A stretch of 64,000 bases of DNA from Chloroflexota bacterium (GCA_005882635.1 VBFG01000043.1:1192-65191); one strand, 5' to 3'; counted from the first letter of the stretch, positions 22,924-32,599 are shown. Program-made: numbers and translations. Notes: generated by a model not told the origin, from the letters alone.

Positions 22924-24000
22924 TCAGGAGGGTCGGAGTCTCGGATCGAGGTAGGCGTAGCTGATGTCGACGATGAGGTTGATCACCAGGAACGCCAGGG
23001 CGATCACGAGGACGAAGCCCTCGATGACCGCGAAGTCGTGTGACGTGATCGCGTCGTACGTCGCCTGCCCGACGCCGGGCAGGCCGAAGATCGTCTCGGT
23101 CAGGACGGCGCCCGACAGGAGGCCGCCGATCTGCAGGCCGATGATCGTGACCATCGGCAGCATCGCATTCGGAAGCGCGTGCTTCCGGACGACCCGCCCG
23201 TCCGAGAGGCCCTTCGCCCGTGCGGTCCGGACATAGTCGAGCCCGAGGACGTCGAGCAGGCTCGACCGCGTGATCCGGGCGATGATCGCCAGGGGGATCG
23301 TCCCGAGCGCGACCGCCGGCAGGATCAGGTGGCGGAGCGCGTCGAGGAACAGCCCCCACTGCGCCGACAGCAGGCCGTTCACGGTGTACATGTTCGACAG
23401 GAAGTCGACGATGGCGCGGAGGATGCCGTGGTCGTTCTGCAGGCCCCAGCGGACGGCGAGCGGAACGACGGACAAGCCGGGCGTCAGGCGGCCCGATGGC
23501 GGCAACGCGAACGGCGTGCCTTTCAGCAGGATCGCGAAGGTGAACGCGAGCAGCAGGCCGAGGACGAACACGGGGATCGATACGCCGAGGTTCGCGAAGG
23601 CCATCGTGACGACGTCGACCGCCGAGTTCCGGCGATAGGCCGAGACGACCCCCAGCGTGATTCCGACGATCGTCGCGAACAGGAGCGCAAAGATCGACAG
23701 CTCGAGCGTCATCGGCAGTCGCTCGATCAGGAGCGCCGTCACCGGCCGCGAGTCCCGGAAGGAGTTCCCCAGGTCGCCGCGGGAGACGGACCCGAGATAG
23801 CTGACGAACTGCTGCGAGATCGGGAGATCGAGCCCGTGCGCGTGAGAGAACACGTTGCACGCGGCGTCGGTCGCCCGTTCGCCGAGCAGGATCCGGCACG
23901 GGTCGCCCGGCAGGATCCGCGTGATGGCGAAGACCAGCACGATCACGCCGAACAGGACAGGGATCGTGATGAGCAGGCGCCGGACGATGTAGGTGGTCAC
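22924..24000 (-). CDS. ABC transporter permease (OppB/DppB-like), operon 2
   Basis: 358 aa. MTTYIVRRLLITIPVLFGVIVLVF and YVRTARAKGLSDGRVVRKHALPNAM. Confidence 0.9.
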   Translation of the reverse strand: MTTYIVRRLLITIPVLFGVIVLVFAITRILPGDPCRILLGERATDAACNVFSHAHGLDLPISQQFVSYLGSVSRGDLGNSFRDSRPVTALLIERLPMTLELSIFALLFATIVGITLGVVSAYRRNSAVDVVTMAFANLGVSIPVFVLGLLLAFTFAILLKGTPFALPPSGRLTPGLSVVPLAVRWGLQNDHGILRAIVDFLSNMYTVNGLLSAQWGLFLDALRHLILPAVALGTIPLAIIARITRSSLLDVLGLDYVRTARAKGLSDGRVVRKHALPNAMLPMVTIIGLQIGGLLSGAVLTETIFGLPGVGQATYDAITSHDFAVIEGFVLVIALAFLVINLIVDISYAYLDPRLRPS

Positions 24001-24019
24001 CCGTCCCTCGCGGAGAGAC

Positions 24020-24048
24020 GGATGGGGCGCCCGGTGGGCGCCCCATCC
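24020..24048 (-). promoter_or_regulatory. intercistronic stem-loop between the SBP and permease genes of operon 2
   Basis: GGATGGGGCGCC-cggtg-GGCGCCCCATCC: perfect 12-bp stem. Same placement as in operon 1. Confidence 0.55.
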
Positions 24049-24072
24049 AATTGGGCTACGTCAGTCGTTCGA

Positions 24073-25866
24073 TCACGAACCGCCAACGGCGCACGTCTGC
24101 GCGCCGTCCTTGTCGAAGTTCGGGTTGAGGCAACCCCCGAACAGTGTCGGGAAGTACCAGTTCGCCCCGAGGTTTCCGACGTGGAGCGGATTCTTGACGT
24201 CCCATTGGGCGGCCATGGAGTCAACGACGTCGTTGGCGTCCAGCGTGCCGCCCTTCTGGAACTGCACGCCGTCGCGCAGCTTGCATGTCCACGACGTGAG
24301 GTCGGCATTCGGGTCGCAGCTCGTCGCGAGCGCGGGCTCTGGGTCGAGGCCGGCGACCTTGTAGTTGTAGAGCGAATCGAAGATCTGGCTGCAGATCCGG
24401 AGCGCGTCGCCGTCACTCTCGTCACCGCAGTACAGGCCTGACGGCTCGCTGTTCTGCGACCAGACGAGCTGGGTCCGGTCGCCCGGTGTCATGACGAAGA
24501 AGTACTCGCTGCCGATCGGCGACGAGTGGGCGTTCTGGACGTCCTTCTTCCACGCGGTCGCAGACGCGCCGTGGACGAGCGGGACCATCGGGACGTGGGT
24601 CCGGACCTGGTTGTTCGCGTCGGTGTAGTCCTGGCCGCGCTTGGTCTGGTCGGACTCGGCCGCCCCGGCCGCCAGGGACTTGGTGAGGTCGTCGAACTTC
24701 TTCCCGAAGCCGGAGTTCGCACCGGTGCCGAAGTGGACGTCGAGGAAGTCCGTGACGTCCGGATAGTCGGCACCCCAGCCGAGGAGGAACAACGGGAACT
24801 TGCCCTGCGCCTCGTCGCTCAGATAGGTGTCGTCCTTCTCGACGACCAGGCTGATCTTGACCCCGATGTCGGCCAGCTGCGACTGGAGGTCCGTCGCGAC
24901 CTGGGTCGGGCTCGGGAGATAGCTGCGGACCTTCGTCCGGTAGTGGAAGTCGTAGGTCTTGCTGAAGTCGAAGCCGGCGTCGGTGAGCATCTGCTTCGCC
25001 TTCGCCGTATCGGTCGCGTACCACTTGTCGCCGCCGCAGGCGAGTGGGATGGCACACGGGGTGAAGTAGTCCGCCGCCTCCGATCCGGGCGGATAGAAGT
25101 TGTCGGCGATGCGCTTCCGGTCGAGGCCCATCGCGATCGCCTGGCGGACCTTCTCGTTGTTCCACGGGGCCTGGTTCACGTTGAAGCCGAGATACAGGAT
25201 GTTCAGCGCTTCGCGCGGCAGGATCTGCAGGTTCGGGTCGTTCTGAACCGTCTGGAAGTCATCCGGCGCGACGTTGTCGATGCCGTCGACGGTTCCGGCC
25301 TGGAGATCCTGGAGGCGCTGCGTGGCTTCCTTCGACCATTTGATCACGACCGTCTGGGCTTTCGCCTTGTCGCCCCAGTAGTTCGGGTTGGCTTCGAGCG
25401 TGACCTGGGCGCCGGGGACCCATTCCTTGAGCTGGTACGCCGCGGTGCCGTTGATCGCATCGTGGGTGATGCTCTTGTCCTTGGCGTGGGCGTTCAGCCA
25501 GTCACTGTCCTGGATATTGTTCGAGGCGAAGGCGATCTTCGACAGGAAGGCCACGTCGGCGCTGCAGAGGTCGAACTTGACCGTCAGTTGATCGACGGCG
25601 GTGATCTGCTTGAAGATGCCGGTGTACGTCGCGGAGTTCGATCCGGACGTGTACTTGGGCGGGTTGGCGCAGTCGACTGCGGTCTCCGGATAGGCCTTGG
25701 CGGTGAACGCCGCGGCACTCGCCGCGCTCGCGGCCGGCTGGCTCGCCCCCGTCGAGGGCGCGCCGCCCGAGCTCGGACTCGGGCTCACCGAGCCGGCACA
25801 GGCGCTGAAGACGATCGAGAGCACGCCGAGAGAGGCGAGCCGCGACCATCGCGTGGTACGGGACAT
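24073..25866 (-). CDS. ABC transporter substrate-binding lipoprotein, family 5
   Basis: ATG 25866 is preceded by GAGGAGGAG; the track's TTG at 25884 lies inside that RBS. Lipobox LSIVFSAC. SBP_bac_5-like sequence. Confidence 0.88.
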   Translation of the reverse strand: MSRTTRWSRLASLGVLSIVFSACAGSVSPSPSSGGAPSTGASQPAASAASAAAFTAKAYPETAVDCANPPKYTSGSNSATYTGIFKQITAVDQLTVKFDLCSADVAFLSKIAFASNNIQDSDWLNAHAKDKSITHDAINGTAAYQLKEWVPGAQVTLEANPNYWGDKAKAQTVVIKWSKEATQRLQDLQAGTVDGIDNVAPDDFQTVQNDPNLQILPREALNILYLGFNVNQAPWNNEKVRQAIAMGLDRKRIADNFYPPGSEAADYFTPCAIPLACGGDKWYATDTAKAKQMLTDAGFDFSKTYDFHYRTKVRSYLPSPTQVATDLQSQLADIGVKISLVVEKDDTYLSDEAQGKFPLFLLGWGADYPDVTDFLDVHFGTGANSGFGKKFDDLTKSLAAGAAESDQTKRGQDYTDANNQVRTHVPMVPLVHGASATAWKKDVQNAHSSPIGSEYFFVMTPGDRTQLVWSQNSEPSGLYCGDESDGDALRICSQIFDSLYNYKVAGLDPEPALATSCDPNADLTSWTCKLRDGVQFQKGGTLDANDVVDSMAAQWDVKNPLHVGNLGANWYFPTLFGGCLNPNFDKDGAQTCAVGGS

Positions 25867-26099
25867 GCCCTGTCTCCTCCTCAAACGGCTCCGTGTCCGG
25901 CGATCGTCGCATTCGATCCGGATCGGAGCGTCCGTTCCGCGCGCAATCGGCCCACGGGCCGCAGGTCGCGGGTGCCGCGCAGCCTAGCACGCAAAGGCCC
26001 ACGCGTGGCCGTGCCTGACCTCATCTACGGGCGTCCTCGCGCCGACGTTCAGTTGGCGGTTGCAGCGGGCCGCGCCCCCCGAGCGGCTATCCTCGGGCC

Positions 26100-27119
26100 G
26101 TGCAGACGCTGACCGTCGCCCTCGCCCAGATCGCGCCGAGGCTCGGCCTGTTCGACGAGAACCTGGAGCGGCATCACACGCTCATCGCCGAGGCGCGCGG
26201 GCGCGGCGCCGGGCTGGTCGTGTTCCCCGAGCTCGGGTTGACCGGCTACCTCCTCCAGGATCTCGCCGCGGAGGTGGCGATCCGGCTCGACGATCCGCGC
26301 CTCACCGCGCTGGCGGCCGAGACGAAGAACCTCTCGGCGGTCGTCTCGTTCGTCGAGGAGTCGGCTGACCACCGCCTGTTCATCGCCGCGGCGCTCCTCG
26401 AGGATGGCCGGGTTCGGCACGTCCATCGGAAGCTGTTCCTGCCCACCTATGGCCTCTTCGACGAGCGACGGTTCTTCGCCGCGGGCGATCTCCTCCGGGC
26501 GACGCCGTCGCGGCTCGGGATCGGGCTCGGGCTGGCGGTGTGCGAGGACTTCTGGCACTTGACCGTGCCCCAGCTGCTGGCGCTCGATGGTGCCCAGATC
26601 CTGATCAACGTCTCGTCCTCGCCCGGACGCGACCTCGCGGCGACGAACGAGGTCGGGCTCGGGACCGCGACCTCGTGGCGGACCCTGATGCGGACCTACG
26701 CCCAGCTCACCACGTCGGTGGTGATCTTCTGCAACCGGGTTGGCGTCGACGAGTCCATCTCGTTCTGGGGCGGGTCGGAGGTGATCGCCCCCAGCGGCCA
26801 GGCGATCTTCAGCGCGCCGTTCTTCGAGGAAGGCCTCTTCACGGCCGATGTCCCGCTGGCCGACCTGCGCCGGGAGCGCCTGACGCTCCCGCTCCTGCGC
26901 GACGAGCGACCCGAGCTGGAGGTCCGCGAGCTGACCCGAATCGTGGCCGAGCGCGCCGGTCTCGCACCCGACACGACCGCCGACGATCTCGCCGAGGCCG
27001 GCCTGGACGTGGCCCCGGGCGACCCGATCCACCCGCCGATCGGCTTCCGCGACGAAACCGCGGCCGGGACGGCTGGCCCTCCCCGGCCGCCCAAGTCGCC
27101 GGCGAGGGTGCCGCGGTGA
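26100..27119 (+). CDS. carbon-nitrogen hydrolase (nitrilase-superfamily glutaminase-type subunit, stand-alone)
   Basis: E-K-C triad contexts VVFPELGLTGY, HRKLFLPTYGLFDE and GLAVCEDFWH. GTG start. Sits directly upstream of nadE, in the same order as in fused glutamine-dependent NAD+ synthetases. Confidence 0.8.
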   Translation: MQTLTVALAQIAPRLGLFDENLERHHTLIAEARGRGAGLVVFPELGLTGYLLQDLAAEVAIRLDDPRLTALAAETKNLSAVVSFVEESADHRLFIAAALLEDGRVRHVHRKLFLPTYGLFDERRFFAAGDLLRATPSRLGIGLGLAVCEDFWHLTVPQLLALDGAQILINVSSSPGRDLAATNEVGLGTATSWRTLMRTYAQLTTSVVIFCNRVGVDESISFWGGSEVIAPSGQAIFSAPFFEEGLFTADVPLADLRRERLTLPLLRDERPELEVRELTRIVAERAGLAPDTTADDLAEAGLDVAPGDPIHPPIGFRDETAAGTAGPPRPPKSPARVPR

Positions 27120-27997
27120 CCGATCCGGCCGCCGTCCAGCCGCCGGAGCCGCTGTTCGAGCTCCCGCCGGAGCTGGCGATCGACACGGACGTGGCCCGGC
27201 GGGTCATCGGCGAGTTCATCCGCGGCCAGCTGCGCCAGGCCGGGTTCGAGCGAACCGTCCTCGGCCTGTCGGGCGGGATCGACTCGGCCCTCGTGGCCTA
27301 CCTGGTCGCAGATGCGATCGGGCCCGAGCGGCTGCTCTGCGTCCTCATGCCGTACCGGACGTCGTCGTCGGCCTCGACCGACGACGCGAAGGAGGTCGTC
27401 CGCCGCCTCGGCGCCGCGAGCGAGCTCGTCGACATCAGCCCGATGGTCGACGCGTTCTTCGCGACCGACCCCGATGCCTCGTCGATCCGCCGGGGCAACG
27501 TCATGGCCCGCCAACGGATGACCGTCCTCTACGACCGGTCGGTGACCTGGGGCGGGCTGGTCGTGGGCACCAGCAACAAGACCGAGTCGCTGATCGGCTA
27601 CACGACGCTCTTCGGCGACGCCGCCTGTGCGTTCAACCCGATCGGCGACCTGTACAAGAGCCAGGTCCGGCAGGTCGCCGCCTCGATCGGCGTCCCCGAC
27701 CAGATCATCCGGAAGGCGCCGTCGGCCGATCTCTGGCCCGGCCAGACCGACGAGTCGGAGGCGGACTTCTCGTATCCGGTCCTCGACCGGCTGCTCTACT
27801 GGCGGGTCGACCGGCGGCGGACCGATGAGGAGGTGGCCGCCCTCGGCTTCGACCCGGCGCTGGTGGCGCGCGTGGATCGGTTGATCGCGACGTCCGAGTT
27901 CAAGCGGCAGGTTCCGCCGATCGCCAAGCTCGGCCCGCGGACGGCCGGCGTCGACTACCTCTATCCGCGGCGGCGGCCCGGTTCCGCTCGGCGGTGA
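27116..27997 (+). CDS. nadE: NAD+ synthetase (synthetase domain only)
   Basis: GTG 27116 overlaps the upstream TGA. PP-loop LGLSGGIDSALV and an NadE-like C-terminus. Confidence 0.88.
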   Translation: MTDPAAVQPPEPLFELPPELAIDTDVARRVIGEFIRGQLRQAGFERTVLGLSGGIDSALVAYLVADAIGPERLLCVLMPYRTSSSASTDDAKEVVRRLGAASELVDISPMVDAFFATDPDASSIRRGNVMARQRMTVLYDRSVTWGGLVVGTSNKTESLIGYTTLFGDAACAFNPIGDLYKSQVRQVAASIGVPDQIIRKAPSADLWPGQTDESEADFSYPVLDRLLYWRVDRRRTDEEVAALGFDPALVARVDRLIATSEFKRQVPPIAKLGPRTAGVDYLYPRRRPGSARR

Positions 27998-28884
27998 CCG
28001 CCGGCGCCGAGGACGAGCCTGCGTCGCCGGGCGGGCACGGCCGCCTGTATGTCGTCGCGACGCCGATCGGGAACCTCGCCGATATCACCCTCCGGGCGCT
28101 CGACGTCCTCCGGTCCGTCGCGCTCATCGCCGCGGAGGACACGCGGCTGACGCGCCGGCTCCTCGATCGGCATCGGATCGAGACACGCTCGATGAGCTAT
28201 CACGCCCGCAGCGGGCCGGGCCGGACGCGTGAGCTGCTCGAGCGCCTCCGTGCCGGCGACGATGTCGCGCTCGTGACGGACGCCGGCACGCCCGGCGTGA
28301 GCGATCCGGGGGAAGAGCTCGTCGCGGCCTGGAGCGCCGAAGCGGGCGCGGTGATTCCGATCCCCGGCCCGTCGGCGGTCCTCGCCGCCGTCGCGGCCGC
28401 CGGGATCGCCGGGCCGCGGTGGTCGTTCGAGGGATTCCTGCCGCGGTCGGGACGCGATCGGCTGGAGCGGCTGGCCCGGATCGGCGCCGACCCTCGCGGC
28501 ACGATCCTGTACGAGGCGCCCGGACGTGTCGGGGCCACGCTCGCGGACCTCGCCGCGGCCTGCGGATCCCAGCGACCCGCCGCCGTCTGCCGGGAGCTGA
28601 CGAAGATCCACGAGGAGATCGTCCGGGCGCCGCTCGGCGAGCTCGTCGCCGCGGCACAGAGCGGGGAGCTGACGCTCCGCGGCGAGTTCGCGATCGTGAT
28701 CGGCGCGACCGATCGTCCGACGCCTGGTCGAGGGTCCTCCGGATCACGCGACCTCGAGGCGGCGCTCGCCGAGGTCGAGCGGCGGGCCGCCGCCGGCACG
28801 CCGCGCGGTGAGGCCGCCCGCCAGGTCGCCGCCGAGACCGGGCTTCCGCGGCGGCGCCTGTACCAGGTCCCCGAGGGGCGATGA
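27994..28884 (+). CDS. rsmI: 16S rRNA (cytidine1402-2'-O)-methyltransferase
   Basis: GRLYVVATPIGNLADITLRALDVLRSVALIAAEDTR is the characteristic RsmI N-terminus. GTGA overlap with nadE. Confidence 0.88.
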   Translation: MTAGAEDEPASPGGHGRLYVVATPIGNLADITLRALDVLRSVALIAAEDTRLTRRLLDRHRIETRSMSYHARSGPGRTRELLERLRAGDDVALVTDAGTPGVSDPGEELVAAWSAEAGAVIPIPGPSAVLAAVAAAGIAGPRWSFEGFLPRSGRDRLERLARIGADPRGTILYEAPGRVGATLADLAAACGSQRPAAVCRELTKIHEEIVRAPLGELVAAAQSGELTLRGEFAIVIGATDRPTPGRGSSGSRDLEAALAEVERRAAAGTPRGEAARQVAAETGLPRRRLYQVPEGR

Positions 28885-29972
28885 CGGCCGCGCCGATCCT
28901 CGGCGCCCTGTCGCCGGTCGTCCGCGGCGCGGTGATCGTGGTCGTGACACTGGCGGTCGCGACGATCGTCGTCCACCTGCTCGTCCCGAGCCTCGCCCCG
29001 ACGGCAGTGTTCGGTCTCTCGGCCGTGTCGATCCTCGGCCTCGCCTGGCTCATCGGCCAGGCCACGGAGCGGCTCGGCGAGATCACCAGCCCGCAGCTCG
29101 GCGGGATCCTCAACGCGACGTTCGGCAACGTCGCCGAGCTGATCATCGCGTTCTTCGCCCTGCAGGCCGGCCTGATCGACGTGGTCAAGGCGAGCCTGAC
29201 CGGCTCGATCATCGGCAACCTGCTGCTCGTCCTGGGGCTGAGCGTTCTCGTCGGCGGCCTCCGGAACGGCCGCCAGACGTTCAGCCGCGAGGTCGCCGGC
29301 TCGAACGCCGCGCTCCTCGTCCTCGCCGCGATCAGCCTCCTGATCCCGGCGGTTCTCGCGTTCAGCGGCGGTTCTGCCGGAAACGTCGTCCAGGACTCGG
29401 TCCTCGTCTCGATCTTCCTGATCGCGGGCTACGTCCTGTCGCTCGTCTACCAGTTCACGAATCCCGCCTCGACCCTCGCCGGCCAGGTCCACGACGAGGA
29501 AGCCTCGTCGGGCTGGACCGGCCGCGAGGCCGCCGTCGTCCTGGTGGGCGCGGCGGTGATCCTCGCGATCCTGTCGGAGATCCTCGTGGGCGCGATCGAG
29601 CCCGTGGTCGAGACGATCGGCCTCACGACGTTCTTCGTCGGCGTCGTGGTCCTGCCGGTCATCGGCAACCTCGCCGAGCAGCTCGTCGCCGTCCAGCTCG
29701 CGTTCAAGAACAAGATGCAGTTCTCGATGGCGGTCTCGTACGGCGCCAGCCTCCAGGTCGCCCTGTTCGTCGCACCGGCCCTCGTCCTGGTCGGCGTGCT
29801 GACCGGCCACGAGATGAACCTCGTGTTCGCCCCGCTCGAAGTCGCCGCCGTCGTCGCCGCCGTCGGGATCAGCGCCCTGATCGCCCTCGACGGCGAGTCG
29901 AACTGGCTCGAGGGCGCCCTGCTGACGATCGTCTACCTGATCCTCGCCGCCTCGTTCTTCGAGCTCAGGTAA
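28881..29972 (+). CDS. Ca2+/H+ antiporter (CaCA/CAX family)
   Basis: Two alpha-repeat motifs, GNVAELIIAFFAL and GNLAEQLVAVQLA. About 11 TM segments. ATGA overlap with rsmI. Confidence 0.85.
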   Translation: MTAAPILGALSPVVRGAVIVVVTLAVATIVVHLLVPSLAPTAVFGLSAVSILGLAWLIGQATERLGEITSPQLGGILNATFGNVAELIIAFFALQAGLIDVVKASLTGSIIGNLLLVLGLSVLVGGLRNGRQTFSREVAGSNAALLVLAAISLLIPAVLAFSGGSAGNVVQDSVLVSIFLIAGYVLSLVYQFTNPASTLAGQVHDEEASSGWTGREAAVVLVGAAVILAILSEILVGAIEPVVETIGLTTFFVGVVVLPVIGNLAEQLVAVQLAFKNKMQFSMAVSYGASLQVALFVAPALVLVGVLTGHEMNLVFAPLEVAAVVAAVGISALIALDGESNWLEGALLTIVYLILAASFFELR

Positions 29973-30027
29973 CGGAGCAGCTGGTCGCTCGTTTGCTCAC
30001 CTTCACGACGACGTCGACCTGAGGCTG

Positions 30028-30062
30028 GGACCGGCGACGGGAGGGGGCACCGTCGCCGGTCC
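30028..30062. terminator. bidirectional stem-loop between the convergent cax and ssb genes
   Basis: GGACCGGCGACGG-9 nt-CCGTCGCCGGTCC: perfect 13-bp stem. Confidence 0.6.
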
Positions 30063-30088
30063 GCGGGATCCTTCCGTTCCTGGCTCCG

Positions 30089-30559
30089 TCAGGCTGCGAC
30101 GACCGCCTCATCTCCTTCGGCGATCGGCTCCGCCGCGGCGGCGATCGCGGCTGCCTCGTCGGCGTCCTCCTCCTCGGCGGCCTCGCCGTAGACCGAGGCC
30201 TGGGCCGCCAGCCCGTTGGCGGCGTTCTCGGCCGCGTAGTCCTTCTTCCGGCGTCCGGAGAGCATCTCCACGTGGCTCGCGACGATCTCCGTCTTCCAGT
30301 GCCGTTGACCCCGGTCGTCGTCCCACGAACGGGTCTGGATCCGGCCCTCGATCGCGACCTGCTGGCCCTTGCCGAGGAACTCGCCGCACGTCTGGGCGAG
30401 CCGGTCCCAGGTCACGATGTTGTGGTATTCGGCCTTCTCCTTTCCCTGGCCGATGTACTCGTTGGTGGCGACGCTGAACTGCGTCACGGCCTTGCCGCTG
30501 GCGAGGCTGCGCATCTCCGGGTCGCGCGTGAGGCGCCCGGTCAGAAGGACCTTGTTCAC
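30089..30559 (-). CDS. ssb: single-stranded DNA-binding protein, atypical C-terminus
   Basis: GTG 30559 with GAAGGAGAA upstream. OB-fold VNKVLLTGRLTRDPEMRSLASGKAVTQFSVATNE...VAIEGRIQTRSWDD. The tail ends ...IAEGDEAVVAA and has no D-D-D-I/L-P-F tip. The upstream 149 codons of the track ORF were rejected as junk. Confidence 0.85.
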   Translation of the reverse strand: MNKVLLTGRLTRDPEMRSLASGKAVTQFSVATNEYIGQGKEKAEYHNIVTWDRLAQTCGEFLGKGQQVAIEGRIQTRSWDDDRGQRHWKTEIVASHVEMLSGRRKKDYAAENAANGLAAQASVYGEAAEEEDADEAAAIAAAAEPIAEGDEAVVAA

Positions 30560-30887
30560 GGTCCGCGTTCTCCTTCTCGATCGACCGGCGCTCCGGCCGG
30601 CCGTCGCTGCGTTCCGGCGGGAACAGTGCGGCGGGCGTTCGACGGGTCTCGGTCGACGGGCCCGGCGGGGTGGCTCGGCGGCGAGAGGAGAGGCGCCGGC
30701 CCCGGCGGTCGGGCCATCCGGCGGGTCGGCGGCCATCGGTGGTCGACGGACCGTGGACGTATCGCTCGGCGAGGCCGGCTGGTGCCTGGCGGGCAGCCCG
30801 ACGGTAGCAGGCGACGCTTTGCAGTCACTTACCCGGCGATTTCGTCGGCCCCGGCGATGCCTGATGGCGATCGCCGGCGCCGTCACG

Positions 30888-32501
30888 TCAGACGGCTGCC
30901 GACGCTCCGCTGTCGGCCGCTCCGCCACCGCCACCCGAGCCCGACCGTCGCCGGCGACGCTTCCCGTGGGCGGCCCGGATCGGCGCCGGTGCGTCGGCGA
31001 TCGCAACGAGCAGCGTCTCGACCGACGGCGCCCGTGACGCGAACAAGTCGCAGAACAGGGTCACCAGCTCCGGATCGAACTGCGTCCCGGCGTGACGACG
31101 GAGCTCCTTGACCGCTTCGTCGTGGCTGATCGCCCGCTTGTAGGGCCGGTCGTGGGTCATCGCGTCGTAGGCATCGGCAATTGCGACGATCCGGGCACCC
31201 AGCGGGATGTCGGTGCCCCGCAGGCCGAACGGGTAGCCGTGCCCCGAGTAGCGCTCGTGGTGGTGGAGGATGATCGGGACGGCCTCCTTGAGCGCCGCCG
31301 CCTGTTCGAGGATGACCTGGCCGATCCGCGGGTGCTGGACGACCGTCCTCCACTCCGATGACGTCAGGGCGGCCGGCTTGTCCAGGATGTCCTCGGGGAC
31401 GGCGACCTTGCCCAGGTCGTGCAGGAGCGCCGCAGTCCGGATCCGCTCGATCTCGTTGACCGGCAGGTCGAGGCTGCGCGCCATCGAGGTAACGATCGAC
31501 GCGATCAGCGCCGACGGCTGGCCGCGATAGTGGGGCATCGGGGCGATGACCGAGGTCAGGCTCGCCGTCGCCGCCTCGCGCGCGGCCCGGCCGACCTCGA
31601 TCGCCAGCAGCCGCCCGGCCGGCGAGATCGGCGCGCGGGGCACCCGGGAGTCCTCGTCTGGCTCGGCGAAGATGTACGTCTGGTTGCGGCCGAGTGACTT
31701 GGCCGAATACATCGCGGCGTCGGCGTCGCGGACGAGGTTGTCGGTGCGGAGGGCACCACCGCTCCCGCCGGCGATTCCGATCGAGATCGTGACGCTGATC
31801 TCCTGGCCTGGCCCGATCGCGAACTTCTGCTTCGCGACGAGGTTCCTCAGCTTCTCGGTGAGGACGGCGCCGGCCTCGACGTCGGTCTCGGTCAGGAGGA
31901 GCATGAACTCCTCGCCACCGTACCGGCCGACCGTGTCGGTCGCCCGCAGGTTGCCCTGGATGACCTGGGCGACCCCCCGGAGCACGACGTCCCCGGCAGC
32001 ATGCCCGTACGAGTCGTTTACGGCCTTGAAGTGATCGATGTCGACGAAGGCCACCGACAGCGGTCGCCCGTAGCGGTTCGCCCGGTCGACCTCGTCGATC
32101 AGCGCGACCAGGAGCGTCTGGCGGTTGCTGACGCCGGTGAGCTTGTCCGTCGTCGCCGCATCGGTCGTCTCGACGAGGGCGATCGACAGGCGGTTGATGG
32201 CGCGGCTCAGCCGGCCTTCGAGGCCACCGCCCTTGGGCTTCGAGCGGACGTTGACCCCGAGCTCGCCGTCCGCCAGTCGTTCGAGCGCCTTGACGAGCCG
32301 CGGCAGCCGGAATCGCGCGTAGACGTAGACGAGCATCGCCGTCATCGACACACCGATCAGGCCCGCGATGATCGCGGCCAGGATCGACGGGACCCCCTCC
32401 GAGAACCACGAGTCGACCGCCCGCGGATTCGTGATCCACGCCACGATCAAGCTGAACGGGGCAAGGAGAGTCAGGCCCCCGAGCAGGCGCATCACGCCCA
32501 A
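30888..32501 (-). CDS. membrane-anchored diguanylate cyclase (GGDEF) fused to an HD-GYP phosphodiesterase domain
   Basis: Two N-terminal TM segments plus a HAMP-like linker. GGDEF domain has GGEEF and I-site RATD 5 residues upstream. HD-GYP domain has HDLGKV and HHERYSGHGYP. Start is ambiguous (TTG 32501, GTG 32495 or ATG 32492). Confidence 0.88.
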   Translation of the reverse strand: MGVMRLLGGLTLLAPFSLIVAWITNPRAVDSWFSEGVPSILAAIIAGLIGVSMTAMLVYVYARFRLPRLVKALERLADGELGVNVRSKPKGGGLEGRLSRAINRLSIALVETTDAATTDKLTGVSNRQTLLVALIDEVDRANRYGRPLSVAFVDIDHFKAVNDSYGHAAGDVVLRGVAQVIQGNLRATDTVGRYGGEEFMLLLTETDVEAGAVLTEKLRNLVAKQKFAIGPGQEISVTISIGIAGGSGGALRTDNLVRDADAAMYSAKSLGRNQTYIFAEPDEDSRVPRAPISPAGRLLAIEVGRAAREAATASLTSVIAPMPHYRGQPSALIASIVTSMARSLDLPVNEIERIRTAALLHDLGKVAVPEDILDKPAALTSSEWRTVVQHPRIGQVILEQAAALKEAVPIILHHHERYSGHGYPFGLRGTDIPLGARIVAIADAYDAMTHDRPYKRAISHDEAVKELRRHAGTQFDPELVTLFCDLFASRAPSVETLLVAIADAPAPIRAAHGKRRRRRSGSGGGGGAADSGASAAV

Positions 32502-32599
32502 AGGCTACCGGCCGGGCTCGTCCGGGCGGTCCCACCGGAGGTACCCCCGACGGGCGACCGAAGTCCCACCGGGTCCTCGCCTACGCCGGTCGGGCCTCC

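Noticed and set aside
20703-24046. Apparent giant ORFs (714 aa at 20703-22847; 689 aa at 21977-24046; 520 aa at 19627-21189) suggesting permease-ATPase fusions
   Set aside because: Their N-terminal parts are off-frame read-through of the upstream genes (Arg/Pro-rich). Each real gene starts at a GTG/ATG that overlaps or abuts the preceding stop.
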